Origin: Strigamia acuminata
Lineage: Eukaryota
Length of the DNA stretch: 64,000 nucleotides
Reading direction: 5' to 3'
Assembly: GCA_949358305.1 (NCBI GenBank)
Contig: OX442314.1
Location: forward strand, 33,418,001-33,482,000
A program made the position numbers and the translations under genes. The first letter of the stretch is position 1. Each line of letters starts with the position of its first letter. The notes below the pieces were generated by a model. That model did no database searches, had not been told where the DNA came from, and saw nothing but the letters and a program-made list of their open reading frames with translations. This document shows, piece by piece, positions 27,404 to 40,496 of this stretch.

Positions 27404-28691
27404 ATGCAAGCCACTATCATCGAAGGATTCCGAAAGAATTCTAAGCTGTATTTAATAGATGGACTACTCTATAGGCGCGATTCCTCAAAGGACAATAAAG
27501 CATACCTGTCGTGCAATGACAGAGCTTGTAGTGGAAGGGCGATTTTGCAAACAATCACAAATGAATCACTAATTTCAAAAGAACATAATTTAGCACATCT
27601 GGATGCACACGTAGATGTAGCAAACAGGCAGTTTGCAGTTGTCGTTAAAACACGTGCTGAAGAAGAACCTTCAGTTAGCTTACGCACCATTTACCATGCC
27701 GCTGGTTTAGAGATCCCTGAAGCAACGACATCATTCAGGTCTGCGGAGTCGGGAATGGCAAAGAGGCGGCGTCTGAATTTCCCAGTATTGCCTGACACTT
27801 CAGAGGAGTTAGCCCAGCTGTTACCCGAAATAATGCATGGCCAAACGATTGGAGAAGAGATTTTTTTTCGAGAGCGACTGGTTGCGGGTGATGTAGAGAT
27901 GTTAGTTTTCGCAGGGCCTCGAATGGTCACTGCCGCGACGAATGCTACGCTTTACCAGATGGATGGGACATTTACAGTTGTTCCGTTACCTTATTACCAA
28001 CTGTTCACCATATTCGCCATTACGAACGGATTTGCACTGCCTGTTCTGTTTGTGCTTATGACAGGCAAGACCCAGGCTGCGTACGAGACTTTGCTACGGT
28101 ATGCAAAGAGCCTTAACTTAATGCGAGCTCAGGACCTAACCATTATCACCGACTTCGAGACAGGCTTGCTGCCAGCCATTCACCAACAGCTGCCTAATGC
28201 CCGGCACCACGGCTGCTACTTCCACTATTGCCAGGCTCTCTGGAGGAAAGTTCAAAGTCTGCGAATGATAAGAGAATACCGAACTGTGGTTGAGATCAAA
28301 AGCATCGATTGTTGTACCCGCACCGATTGTTGTACCCGCACCGATTGTTGTACCCGCACCAATGCCTGTTGCTCGGCCACGCCCAAACACGCGCGCCCGT
28401 GTGCGAGATGCAAATGTAGTACCACCTGTAGTTGCGCCACGAGATGCAAATGTAGTACCACCTGTAGTTGCTCCACGAGATGCAGACGACATGAACTGCA
28501 TAATATGTCTAACTGCCAGAAAGAATGCCATTTTTCTGCCATGTGCACATGGCCACTGCTGCTTGCCTTGCAGTGAGCGGGTGATGCGTGGAGAATATAC
28601 GGATGCCGCGGGAGTTCAGCGTGTGGGTAGAAGACCTCATTGCCCCTTCTGCCGTGGTCGCGTGGTTAGCGTGCTCAGAATTTTTCTCTAA
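27404..28691 (+). pseudogene. MULE/Mutator transposase (FLYWCH-like N-terminus, MULE domain), internally deleted, followed in another frame by a RING finger
   Basis: Motifs QMDGTF.VVP...QLFTI, IITDFETGL and GCYFHYCQALWRKVQ. Homology breaks near 28300. The other frame gives VVPAP repeats and CIIC...FLPCAH..CC..C...CPFCR...VLRIFL* (IAP/MDM2-type C-terminal RING). Confidence 0.88.
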
Positions 28692-30074
28692 GATGTCATT
28701 TTCTTTTTTTACATAATAAACATTATATTCCAATATTTTAAAACCGCAATAAACAATTTAAAACTGCTAGAATTCATTCGAAATTGGAATAAAAACATGA
28801 AATTAGTGCATTATTTGCCTCTTTAACTTCCTTGACCGCAACACTCCGAAGTGCTTCAAATTTCCCACTCACTTTGTAAGCGTTTTAAATACACACTAGG
28901 CTCGTTTGAGAAAATGATTTGTCCGTGTCCTCGTTCACTTTTCGATCTGCGCGACGGTCGACAGTCGATGGCTGACGGCCGTCGGACGTCGTACGTCGAC
29001 TGTCGACCGTCAACTGTCGAATGTCGTGGCCGTCAGCTGAAGACTGTCGCGTCCGTCGGATGACAACAGCTGACGGTCAATCATGCTTTATTAGTTCGTT
29101 AGTTCATTTTTAACTTTGCTAAATGTTTTTTCATTCTTGTACAGTCACATCTTATTATTTCATTCGGTTTTGTTCCAATCAATAAATAAATAAATACTCT
29201 TAATTTAAGAAAAAAAATTCAATATTATATTTATTCGCATTAAATTACAATTTGTATGCAAATTAAACAATTTTGCTAGATGAGCAAAAAGACACTCAGA
29301 TGTGCGATCACATACTATTTGCTATGGCGTATTGGCGAAGGAAATGCTTTTAACGACGATGGATTTAATTAAGCGTTGTTCAACAGCAAAAACAATTTTA
29401 CAATGCTGGCATATGTGGATCTGTGTGGATGTTAAAGCAAATATCGTGTGTTATGTGAAAAATAGAAAATTACAGCAAATAATCCAAAATACCAGCATCC
29501 AAAAATTTTAAAAAATTAAAAAAAAAATAGCCGAAAATTATCAAAATAACCTGAAGTAACACCAAATAACAACAAAAAAATTACCGAAAATAACAGAAAA
29601 TAACAGAGAATCATCAAAAATTACCAAAAAAATAGAAAAAAAATTGACGGTTTTAGGATTTAGTGTATTATTTTGGTGGTGATAAGTTGGCAGTAAAAAC
29701 CTTAGCGGTTTGGAATGGGTGGTGGTGTTGTGCTATGCTATGCAGCTAAAACAGCTTTACATGACACTTTACAATAATTAAATGCACATATTTAAAATAT
29801 TTAAAAAAAATTATAAGTACCGGTATACATTATAAATACACCATAATTTGTGATAAAAGATGTTGTAGATGTGTATGTTTTGTGATGTTAAACGACTTTT
29901 GAATGCAGCTATTGTGTACTTTTTAAAAATCTTCATAATAACCATGTTAAATCAAAATAAATTAGGCGCATTCAATTCTAAATTACAAAAATCCGATTTC
30001 AAAAACTTGATTACAGAATTGGTTTTTAACTTTGAACGAGTTAAAAACCGATAATCAAGTTTTTGATTATCTAT

Positions 30075-31218
30075 TTAAATTATTATTTATTTTTTAAAGA
30101 CCTGAGAACCGACCAAACACTGCCCGCATTTGCGCGATCGAATGCAGCCAAACATCCGCCGCATTCGATCGCCCAAATACGGCCGGTGTTTGGCTGTATT
30201 CGATCGCCCAAATACGGCGGGTGTTTAGCTGTATTCGATCGCGCAAATGCGGCGGGTGTTTGGCTGTATTCGATCGCCCAAATACGGCGGGTGTTTAGCT
30301 GTATTCGATCGCGCAAATGCGGCATGTGTAAAAATCGATCAGCTAGCAATACGTTCTTGTAGCCTACCAATATTAGGCCAATATTGGCTTTAGCACTGTG
30401 ACATCCGGTCACTTCTCGCCTGGCATCACGTCCACAGTTCGTTTGCTTTAGGGAATCACGTCCACTCAACGTTCTGTTTAATTCGTCTTATTTAAACAGC
30501 AGAACTTCCTAAATAAATCAGTCGACCAGTTTAAACAAACCAAGCAAACCAAGCACTTTAAATACACACTCGGCTCGTTCAATTTCAATTCGCCATTGGA
30601 AACGCAAAACCCTTTTCAATGGCGAAATTCAGCACACACATATTCGCCATTGGTCACGTTTTTGCGTTTCCAACGGCGAAATTCAGCACACACATATTCG
30701 CCATTGGTCACGTTTTTGCGTTTCCAACGGCGAAATTCAGCACACACATATTTGCCATTGGTCACGTTTTTGCGTTTCCAATGGCGAAATTCAGCACACA
30801 CATATTCGCCATTGGTCACGTTTTTGCGTTTCCAATGGCGAAATTCAGCACACACATATTCGCCATTGGTCACGTTTTTGCGTTTCCAATGGCGAAATTC
30901 AGCACACACATATTCGCCATTGGTCACGTTTTTGCGTTTCCAATGGCGAATTTCAACATGCACATATTCGCCATTGGAAGCGTAAAAACGTTCCCAATGG
31001 CGAATTTTACATTAAAAACAAATCTCCCACATTCGCCCTTGGAAACAGAAAATATCTTTCCAATGGCGAATGTGGGAAATAAAACATTCCTGCACTCAAA
31101 AAACGTTTCCAATGGCGAATTTAATAAAATTTGCCATTGGAAACGTCAAAATAGGTTTCTAAAGGCGAATTTCCAAAATTCGCCCTTAGACGATTCGCCG
31201 TAGTTAATAAATTTACTC
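30075..31218 (-). repeat. Right arm of the ~1.1-kb inverted repeat
   Basis: Reverse complement of 18778-19880, including both tandem arrays and the outer ACGGCGAATCGTC(C/T)AAGGGCGAAT motif. Confidence 0.92.
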
Positions 31219-31451
31219 AGTTATTTAAGAAATATGGATAGAAATGGTATGACGTATAATAAGTCTTATCAGTCTTGGTCATATGTTGAAGGATGTGCTT
31301 GTGTTCAATTTTCAAAGTTTCATCTTTATCTGCATTTTGAAATAAATAATCTATTTCACTAGTATTTAAAGCTGATGATAAATGTTTGTCCTTCCTAAAA
31401 ACAGATGAAGCCATTTTGTTTGTTTCAAAGCAAACCCTCTTTAGGGTTGTA

Positions 31452-33014
31452 AGGTGCGCGCCATAAGTATGGAATAATCAGTTTTATTGTAATACTTTTT
31501 TTTACGCTTCATCTAGAATCAAACCAATTTTTTAATCCATGTATTTTGTCCTTTGAATTCGTTTAAAATTAACAAGTTTATAATTTTTCTAGAAAAATAA
31601 ATTTGGCAGTGATTTTACACGAAAATGGGGGTGACATAAGTATGGAATATTTCACGTTTGATGCAAAAAAATGAATAAAATGAATATCACATAACATGCC
31701 TTTGTCTGATTAGTTAATCAGTGAATATGTCATCAATTTTCTGCCATTTTTGAATTGTATTACTTGCTATTTTTTTATTTTGAAGCAATCCCTTGTACAA
31801 AACTTCCGACCACTGAGGAAATCGCAGAAATATGGCAATTAAAGGCACTGGGGCTCGCCAAACAACAAATTGATAGAAGATTAGGAAGAAATTTAAAGAA
31901 ATTAGTCAATTGCATCAAAAATTCTAATCAAAACATGAAATCCAAATGTGAAAGCAGACAGGGAAGACCAAAAGTGACCATGCAGTGAGCATTGTCCTGC
32001 TGAAACACCCATTTATTGCCACAATTTTCCATCCAAATGGCAATAAATGCATGTTCAACATTTCCTTATACTTCTGTGAATCTTTCCAATCTTTCATTAT
32101 TATGATGTTTGCCTGTAATTTTCGCCCGAATGTCACCCAAACCATCACTTGATTCTGCCCACTGAGAAAACTTCTCTGCTCTCCTTAAATCTTGCCACTT
32201 ATTACACTAACCATTCAGACCATCTAAGTTGAACTGTATTTTGTCTGTAAAAAGCACTCACAAGTCAGTTTCATGATTTGGTCCAGGGCAGCTTGGTATT
32301 AGTCTAATCAGAACACTTCAATTTGTGGGCTTAACCACAGTTGTACAGCTATTTTTTGATAAAGATGATCACAATTGTTTAGTCTGCTTTGAATTGTTTG
32401 CTAAAGACACAATTACATCTACATGTGTGCAAATTTCATTTGCAGACAACAGCAGAGTCAGTGCCAGGCACAAAATATTCCTGTGAACTTGCTGCATGGT
32501 CACTTTTGGTCCCCCCTTCTTGCTTCCATATTTGATTTTCATCTTTGGGTTAGGACTTTTGATATAATTGATTAATTTCTTCCTGATCTTCTATGGATTT
32601 GCTGTTTGGAGAGCCCCAGTGCCTTTAATTGCCATATTTCTGCGATTTCCACAGTGGTCGGAAGTTTTGTACAAGGGATTGCTTCAAAATAAAAAATAGC
32701 AAGTAATACAATTCAAAAATGGCAGAAAATTGATGACATATTCACTGATTAACTAATCAGACAAAGGCATGTTATGTGATGTTCATTTTATTCATTTTTT
32801 TTCATCGAACCTGAAATATTCCATACTTATGTCACCACCATTTTTGTGTAAAATCACTGCCAAATTTATTTTTCTAAAAAAATTATAAACTTGTTAATTT
32901 TAAATGAATTTAAAGAACAAAATACATGGATTAAAAAATTGGTTTGATTCTAGATGAAGCGTAAAAAAAAATATTACAAAAAAACTGATTATTCCATACT
33001 TATGGCGCGCACCT
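31452..33014. mobile_element. Tc1/Tc3-like degenerate element with ~530-bp inverted arms
   Basis: TA-flanked termini AGGTGCGCGCCATAAGTATGGAATA. Minus-strand transposase remnants FNLDGLNG, VMVWVTFG, YKEMLNMHLLPF and a frameshifted QDNA. Confidence 0.88.
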
Positions 33015-33264
33015 TATTCATAAGTATGGAGTTGAAATAAAACCGACTTTGCTTGATGAATTTAATGAGTCGACTGACTGTTTATTGTATAACGAAAGAA
33101 GGAGGTTGCCAGGTTTTCCCCTGGCAACTTACAATAGAAAAAGGTGAATATATTATTGAAACAATTCGTGAGTATCGAAATATTGTAAGAAAGTCAAATA
33201 TGTATTCATGGCGGACGTAGCAGTAAGCCTTGCAGTGGCCAAGTAGTTCTCTCCTAGTAGTAGT

Positions 33265-33649
33265 TTTTAGTCAGCAAGGCGAACGGTCGCTTCCGTGATC
33301 GCTCCCCAACACTAACTATGATAGCGACCCAATTGATCGGCGTGGCGACGCTGTTGCCCACCGGGACCTGAGCGTCCAAGTACGCCGCGTTTGTCCAACG
33401 TTGCGGCGACGCGGCCGAACATGCAATTCTGATTACTCGATCGTGTCATGCGGTCTAGTTAGGGATGGCTGTTCGCAGTCATCGCATTGGGAAATGCACC
33501 ATGAGACACGACATCATACCCCTAGACAACAATAAAGCTTACATTAAACTAAACCTGTGTCTCCTGTGTATTTTGTAGTTAATCTTATCGTGTTTCTTGT
33601 GTCCAACGTCCCGTGGCTCTCCACTGACCATGTGGCGTCTGTCCGAACA
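33265..33649 (+). repeat. Dispersed repeat, probable old solo LTR; diverged inverted homologue at 62129-62485
   Basis: Shared blocks (TTAGGGATGGCTGTT; CATACCCCTAGACAACAATAAAGCT); both copies end ...AACA. Start and TSD not found. Confidence 0.55.
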
Positions 33650-34526
33650 CTCACAGGTGCCACGACTCAACTTATTCCTAACATTGCTTTGTTTCAGCCA
33701 AAGCTGTAGTATACAATTTCGTAGATTATCAGATAATTGCTTCAATTTTGTCATTTTTTATTTGGAAACAACTATTTTCCAAATGTATTCACTCTTTATT
33801 TTAAGCACAACAGGTGTCACTTAATTTTGAGTGCATTCTAAGAAGATGCAACTCAGCAATAATGGAAGTGTAGAACTAATTATCCATAATGCCATCAATT
33901 GATCAGCAAATGTTTTCAATTTTTTCACTTAATTTTCAATTTTATCACTTAAATTTTAATCTTTTCATTTGAATGTCGAGCTTTATTGCTGATTTTTAAA
34001 AATTTATAGAATTTTAATTTTTTTCATTATAACAATTATAAAAAAAAATAATTACTTTATTTAAATATAATAAATAATGTATAATATTGCGGATCCCTGT
34101 CCATTTGCTCATCTTTTGTTTCATTAGTCACTTCTCACAGGATTTATCATTCATATTGGGTTTTATGACCCCCAAAGCACACTTGGCATACTCACAGGTG
34201 TTTATAAACATCCAGATGACTTTCTTAATTTAAAACATACCTGAGTTTGCATCCCACAAACGTTTTAAAAACTCCACTAATTCCCTCCATTGTGGAACAA
34301 CCCTCCAATAATTTGTTCAATCAACATTTAACGTAAATTAAAATATCAAAAACAAATTCTTTATTGCAAATTCAGAATTTTTAATCTCCACAAGCCACCA
34401 TCTTCTGATCGGGTTTTGATTTTATATTTTTTACCAATCCCTTATCCCGTTCATTATTTCCCTTTAATATCAAACATTTTTTTCTCCCACACACATACAT
34501 AGATTTGAAAGTAAAAAAATCGCCTT

Positions 34527-35517
34527 TTATTCGTACCAAGGAAACCAAAAAAACGTAAGAATCGCGATCACACTGAACACCAGGATTGTTTTCAATATCT
34601 TCGCCTTCCGTTCGCCCGCTCTGTTCATCAGCAACTCCTCCCCCGTCTGCGTCGCCGGCCACGGAGTCGCCGGCCGCTGATTACCGAGTCTCACCGCCGG
34701 CGCGGACGTCGATCTCTTCCCTCTAGCTTCGTACTCCCTCGAACGGCTGTAACAACCTAAAATCCCAAAAATCAGCGATAAAAAACCGTCGAAACACACC
34801 AAAAACCATACTTTTCATTTCCCCATTTTTTCTCTCCTGCGATCCGCCAAACAAGACGTCCACCTCGCTGTCCGAATCGTCGTAACACGACGAAAACTTA
34901 TCCTCGTTTTCCCCATCGCCGCCGCTGCAACTCAGGCTGGAAAACCCATCGAGCGGAAGTATATCGAGCCCTTTCTCGTCGCTCGATCGATACAGAAACA
35001 AATCGTCGTCCCAACCAGCCAACAGCGGGTCCTCCAACTCGTCAATGATATCCGTGTTGTCCAGACTGTCGAAGGCGACGCTCAACGACTGCGGCGAACC
35101 GTTAACGAGCGCCGTGCTGTTCGGATCGGTCAAACAAGGACTCACGCTACGGAACTCTTTTTTGTGAGCGTCGCAATCTTTATCTTCTTGCTCGCTCGCC
35201 TCGTCGCCGCACGGCTTGTCCTCGATGGGAGCGTGAAGGGAGTAACATTTGGCGACCGCGTCGAGCAGCGTATCGGATCGCGTCACGCCGGAGCGCAGTT
35301 TGTTTTGGATTTTCTGCAGTTTCGTGTCGCTGCTCGACTCGGCCAGGAAACACGCGTCGCGCTCGCAGTCGGCGTAGGTTTTCTTCGTCTCGGCGACGTC
35401 TTCTCTGCGCGGGATGAGGGAATAGCTGTAGTCGCGTCTGGCCTCTTTGTCCTTTGGTTTCGAGTGTTTCTTTTTGTCGGTTATGTCCTGTAAACTGGCT
35501 TTTTTTGTCAGCGGCAT
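34527..35517 (-). CDS. Second copy of the ~311-aa tail-anchored protein gene (exons 35517-34812, 34756-34527)
   Basis: Same intron and frame as 1191-2181; one amino-acid difference (A/G). Confidence 0.65.
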
Positions 35518-36420
35518 TTTTTTTCTGTATATTTTGTGGTTAGAAATTGGTGGGAGTTTATTGGAGGAATGAATGAGTGTGCGGGTGTTGCCGTCGTCGC
35601 ATCGAATCGAACTTACCGGCGCTGTGCGTCTTTGAGCAATGGTTATTGGAATCGGCTGGTTTGGAACTCAATTTTGGTCTTATCAAAACACCTTTAAGGG
35701 AATAAACAATGAAGAGTTGGCAAGGTTACGAAAGGAAACAATGTGCACCACGCAGCGACACCATGTTACAATATAGGTGGAGTCAGAGTTTCGGTTTCTG
35801 TGGAAAACCAACAAAAGAATCAAATTTTTGTTGAAATAATTTCTTGATTTGGTGAAAATCGAAGACTTTTTAATCCACATTTAGTTATAACAGTCAAAAA
35901 CTGAACCATAGACAGAATTATGTAAAATACAGGGTGTGAAACAAATGTATACACGTTTAAATTAAATATATATTAAGCATTAGTTGCGGGCAGTGTTGTT
36001 TAATTAATGTTTCTTTCGTTTGGTGTTTAGTTTTTGAGGATCCGAGCTTTTGTTGGTTGTTGCAATTAATAATACAGCAGACCTTTGCTGTAAATTTATC
36101 GTTGGTTTCACCACATTGCACTATGCAGTAATTTTTTCCTTGTGTTTTCTTGCATTTTATAAGACAGCATAAAAATCTGCATGTTAATTATAATTACAAA
36201 CAATAGAAATAACTGAGTTACCTTAACAGCTGAGAGAATCCAAGCCGATGTGGAGAATTGTTTTCGATGTTTTATACAGAATATTTTAGATGAATTGTAT
36301 GCTGTGTCATTGCAGGTAGTACTAAATCAATTTTATTCCACCCAGTGTCTTGGTGACCAAATCAAACCGATAATAAGTGGAGTGTCCACTCCATCTGTCT
36401 CGTGTGCTATTTCCAACATG

Positions 36421-37636
36421 TGTGGTGATGCTCCCCTGTTTGCGTCACAAATAGTCCCAATAAAATCTTGGTCTTAATTCCCCAACTTTCCAGCTTAGTG
36501 CACCGTTATTTTTGGACTCTACAAAACGCAATCTTTGTTATAATATACAACAAACTGGCGTCGAGGATGCTGATGCTACAACCTACAAATCGTAAATACT
36601 AACATTCTGCGTTTCATTTGGTGTGTTTTTGGTGTGTTTTTGGGCTGTTTTTGACCACTTTTTGGGCGATTGACCTTGAGTGCCTCACGTTAAACCCGAA
36701 ATTTTATCAACTCCTCAATTTTTATCACGAGTCATGGCTGCGACCCCAGGGCTGTTCCAGGAATTCAACCCGGCCCACAACTGGGCACGATACGTCGACA
36801 GGCTGCAAAGCTTCTTCACGTGCTCGAAAATTGTGGATGATGAACAAAAAGTGGCAACTTTAATTTCAAGCATCGGTGGCGACACGTACGAGCGCCTCGC
36901 GGATCTGTGTCTGCCCAAGAAAACAAACCAAAAAAACGTTTGAAGAACGTTTGTTAAGTACATATACTAACCCTAAACCACTTCTTTTGAGCGAGCAGGC
37001 GACATTCCAGCGACGCAATCAATTGCCAAACGAGTCTGTGGCTGAGTTTGCACTGGCCCTGTCCAAACTCTCACAAAATTGTAATTACGGGGAGGAACTT
37101 CTAGTTCACTTGTGCGACCGTTTCATCATTGGTTTGCAGTCAGAGCAAATTCAACGCGCGCTCATCACGAAGGACGAGTCTGACCACGCCAAAGTGGTAT
37201 AAGCAGCGATCGCCATGGAGCTGACCATGAAGGGGGTCGCTGGGCTCCACTTCGGGTCCACAAATTTGCAGATGCACAAGGTATTCGATAAGCCAAGGTC
37301 AGACCACTCCAAACGCCCCTCGCGAGGAGGCAAGAGTTCGAGCGACCGCGGCAGACAGAAAAAACACCAACACACGTCAGCGGGACCCAAGAAGTGCATG
37401 TTGTGCGGCTCCACCGGGCATCGCCGCGACGATTGCCGCCATAGAAACGTGAAATGCCACGGATGCGGCAAAGACGGCCATATCAAGCCGGTGTGCTTGT
37501 CCTCTTCTACTGCCCCGAGAGCAGCTCTCCACCATGCTGTGGAACCAAAGCAGGATTTGACGTACTACACGATTCATACGACGCCAATCGCTTCGGTTAA
37601 CGCACTCAACATCGAACGAGTGAAGCCACTCATCGT
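36421..37636 (+). pseudogene. gag: Degenerate Mag-like Gypsy LTR/PBS/gag remnant (second copy)
   Basis: Same sequence as 3085-4300. Confidence 0.85.
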
Positions 37637-38310
37637 ATACTCTGGTTTGACTCAAGAGGGTGCCCTTCTCCCATTGGCCGAGCCGCATTACTCCTACCTC
37701 AAATTTGTATTACTACCACTAGGAGAAGTAGTTTTTATTTTTATTATCATTTGTGATTGCTATAACCATTTAGGTTAATATAATTTCGATTATTTGTATA
37801 CATAAATATTACTTCTTTTAAAGAAATAAAGTTATATGAACATATAAATCAAAAACTCATTTTTGTTTTGTTTATCGGTTTTTTGGTCTGGACCGAACAC
37901 AATTTTTGAAGTATTTATTAGATGCTTTTTCTGGAATAACAAACAAAATGTCAACAAGTAATTATAGCAGTTTCTGTTCATCACCCGATCTTATTAACCT
38001 TTTGGAATTTCCTGTTGTTGGATTACGTAAGCAAGGAACTAGACGTGGTGGCCATGCTCCTTCAATTCCAGTTGCCGAATTTCAAAAATTCAAGAGTGGT
38101 CGACCTATAAATAGGCAGGCGAAACAAATCGTGTTGAATATTTACAACAAAGTTATAAATAATCGATCGCAAATTGGATATAAAAAACTGGAAAAAATTG
38201 TGTCGTGTCTCACTGGAATAGGATTAAATTCCGTACGCAAAATTAGAAAGGAGTTGCTTGATCAGGGTGAGTAAAAAGATTTAATAATTAATATTTAATA
38301 AAAATAAAGC

Positions 38311-38983
38311 TGTCACGATTAATTCTGTTGGTATAATTAATTCCTAACAATATTGCGCAAAAACTAATTCGCGCAATAGTAATGGGCAACGTTCGTAGAT
38401 TTCCCTAAACCTTGTTTCCTTCAAATGAGGACATCCAGAAACTCAGGAAACCTAATACTCGCGTTTGACTAACATAATTTATATTGGACAGTTTTTTGCT
38501 TACGGCGGGTGTTGTAGTCGTAAAAGAATGGAAGCACGATGATATTAACCTAAAGTGGAAAGGGGATATCATCGGGCAGTGATAATATAAAAGATGGCGG
38601 CTTAGAAAATAGCGCAATAGGGTTAGATGTAAGAGCGCTTGTTGAAGGCGCAAATCATAGCAGACTAAATCTAAATGTTACTAAGGGAAATTGGTGTTAT
38701 CCGTTAGAGAGCATAAGAAGAAGTGATTAAACTTAGGATGATTGGAAAGAGGAAAACTCAGTCATGTGACTGGTCAGATCAATTAGAGAAGGGGGTGGAA
38801 AGGTGAAAATAGGAGTTCAATTGTTAAGAATAATGATATGCGCATCATCCAGATTGCGCATTCATTAAATGAAGATGAGTAAGCGAGATGAATCATTACG
38901 AGTGTCAGAAACAAGAAAATATTATAAGAAATAAGATTGGGTTATTCTAAAATAAAAATAGGCGGGTAGACGTGCCCGTGACA
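38311..38983 (-). repeat. 3' LTR of the large Gypsy element
   Basis: TGTCACG...CGTGACA inverted ends; about 6 substitutions versus 58209-58881. Confidence 0.97.
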
Positions 38984-38996
38984 TCCCCCTCCCCTT
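38984..38996 (-). promoter_or_regulatory. Polypurine tract
   Basis: AAGGGGAGGGGGA on the minus strand, abutting the 3' LTR. Confidence 0.92.
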
Positions 38997-39376
38997 AAAC
39001 CTTTATTATAGTTGTTGAAATAAAGGCAAAGAGAGAGAGACTCACTCAGATCAATACAACAATAATACTCTGGGATAAATACAATCAAATCTTGGTTAAC
39101 ATACGAAATAAATGTCTAGATTAACATACTCTTGATTAAATATGATGATTATGACTATTCGGGATCGTCACCAGATAATAATAATAAACAAAAATCAAAA
39201 ATTAACTCATCAGGAAGCTTGAGAATAAATCTACCGACCGACTTGTAAATGAAAATTATAAATCAGTAAGGTTAGGAATAATAAACAAACATTTTCAAAT
39301 AAACTGTATAAAAATCATCGAATAAAGCCTAAACAATTTTTATGGACGAAGACAAGACTAACTAAACACGCGACGC

Positions 39377-39449
39377 CAGGGCCGTTTCGACCTATGAGGC
39401 AAAGAGGCGGCCGCCTCAGGCGGCACACTGACAGGGGCGGCATAGAAAT

Positions 39450-39480
<31 letters not shown>

Positions 39481-39542
39481 GGGGGGGGGGGCGGCATTTT
39501 TAATGCTCGCCTCACCACAGATATTTACTAGGAACGGCCCTG
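39377..39542. mobile_element. hAT-type MITE in the Gypsy 3' UTR
   Basis: Same as 6040-6205; TSD CGCGACGC. Confidence 0.9.
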
Positions 39543-40496
39543 CGCGACGCTCACAGGAGGACATGGACTAAATCTTTTAGGATTGGACGGACTTGAGGCT
39601 ATACACTTTAGTTCAATTTCAGCACAATAAAAATATTTTACCCATTTGCTTGTAAAACGAAGCAATAAATTTCTACGCGGATAAATTTTAAACACGAAAA
39701 ATATACAACTAAAGAACGTCACAAGAGAATTTATCTTACGAACAGGGGGTTTTATTCGGATTGGATACCTTTAAGGAATATGGCGCAAATAAATGCGCAA
39801 AACAAAACAAGGTAAGGGATACGATACATGAATGTACACTTAACATCAGGTAGGTATATAAGGAATGATGGGAGAAATAAACGTAAAACATGAAAATTGC
39901 GCAATATTGGCGCGATAAACAAAAATATAAACATGACACTATTTGGAATCATCAAAGGAAAACAATAAAAATGGGGATAAAGGCATCCTCATGCACAACC
40001 GGACCGGTTGCCACGGGAAAATTATCACGGTTAGAAACATTAGGCATTATGAAAATTGAATAAATACTAAATTTGAAAAATCACAATAATATATCACAGT
40101 TATGAGTATCACAAATAATTATCACTATCATGACCTATTCCAGTAATTCAAATGATACAAACTAAAATTAAACGTAATCATCTCAATTTGAGGAATTTTA
40201 AAAATTAGAATAATTTCTGGAATAAATCAGGATTTAAATTCAAAATTATCACAATATAATGAAATTATAATAATGGGAAATAATAAGAATAAAGGCACTT
40301 TAGACACTAAAAGTCACTAATTGTTCGGCTAACAGTCTGGTCTAAAACGTCAAAAATAAAATATAACTAAATGAAAACACTTCACTTTTTGGAGCACTTA
40401 TCCAGCGGTGATGAAGATCAGATAAATTTGCGCAATAAATGTTTCCAGCAGTCTGTGGAATATTACACTTGTTGAAAAACACTTAGCACAAAATGA

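Noticed and set aside
28950..29080. GC-rich palindromic patch (GACGGTCGACAGTCGA...TCGACTGTCGACCGTC)
   Set aside because: Single occurrence with no termini or TSD; probably a MITE interior, and no function can be supported.
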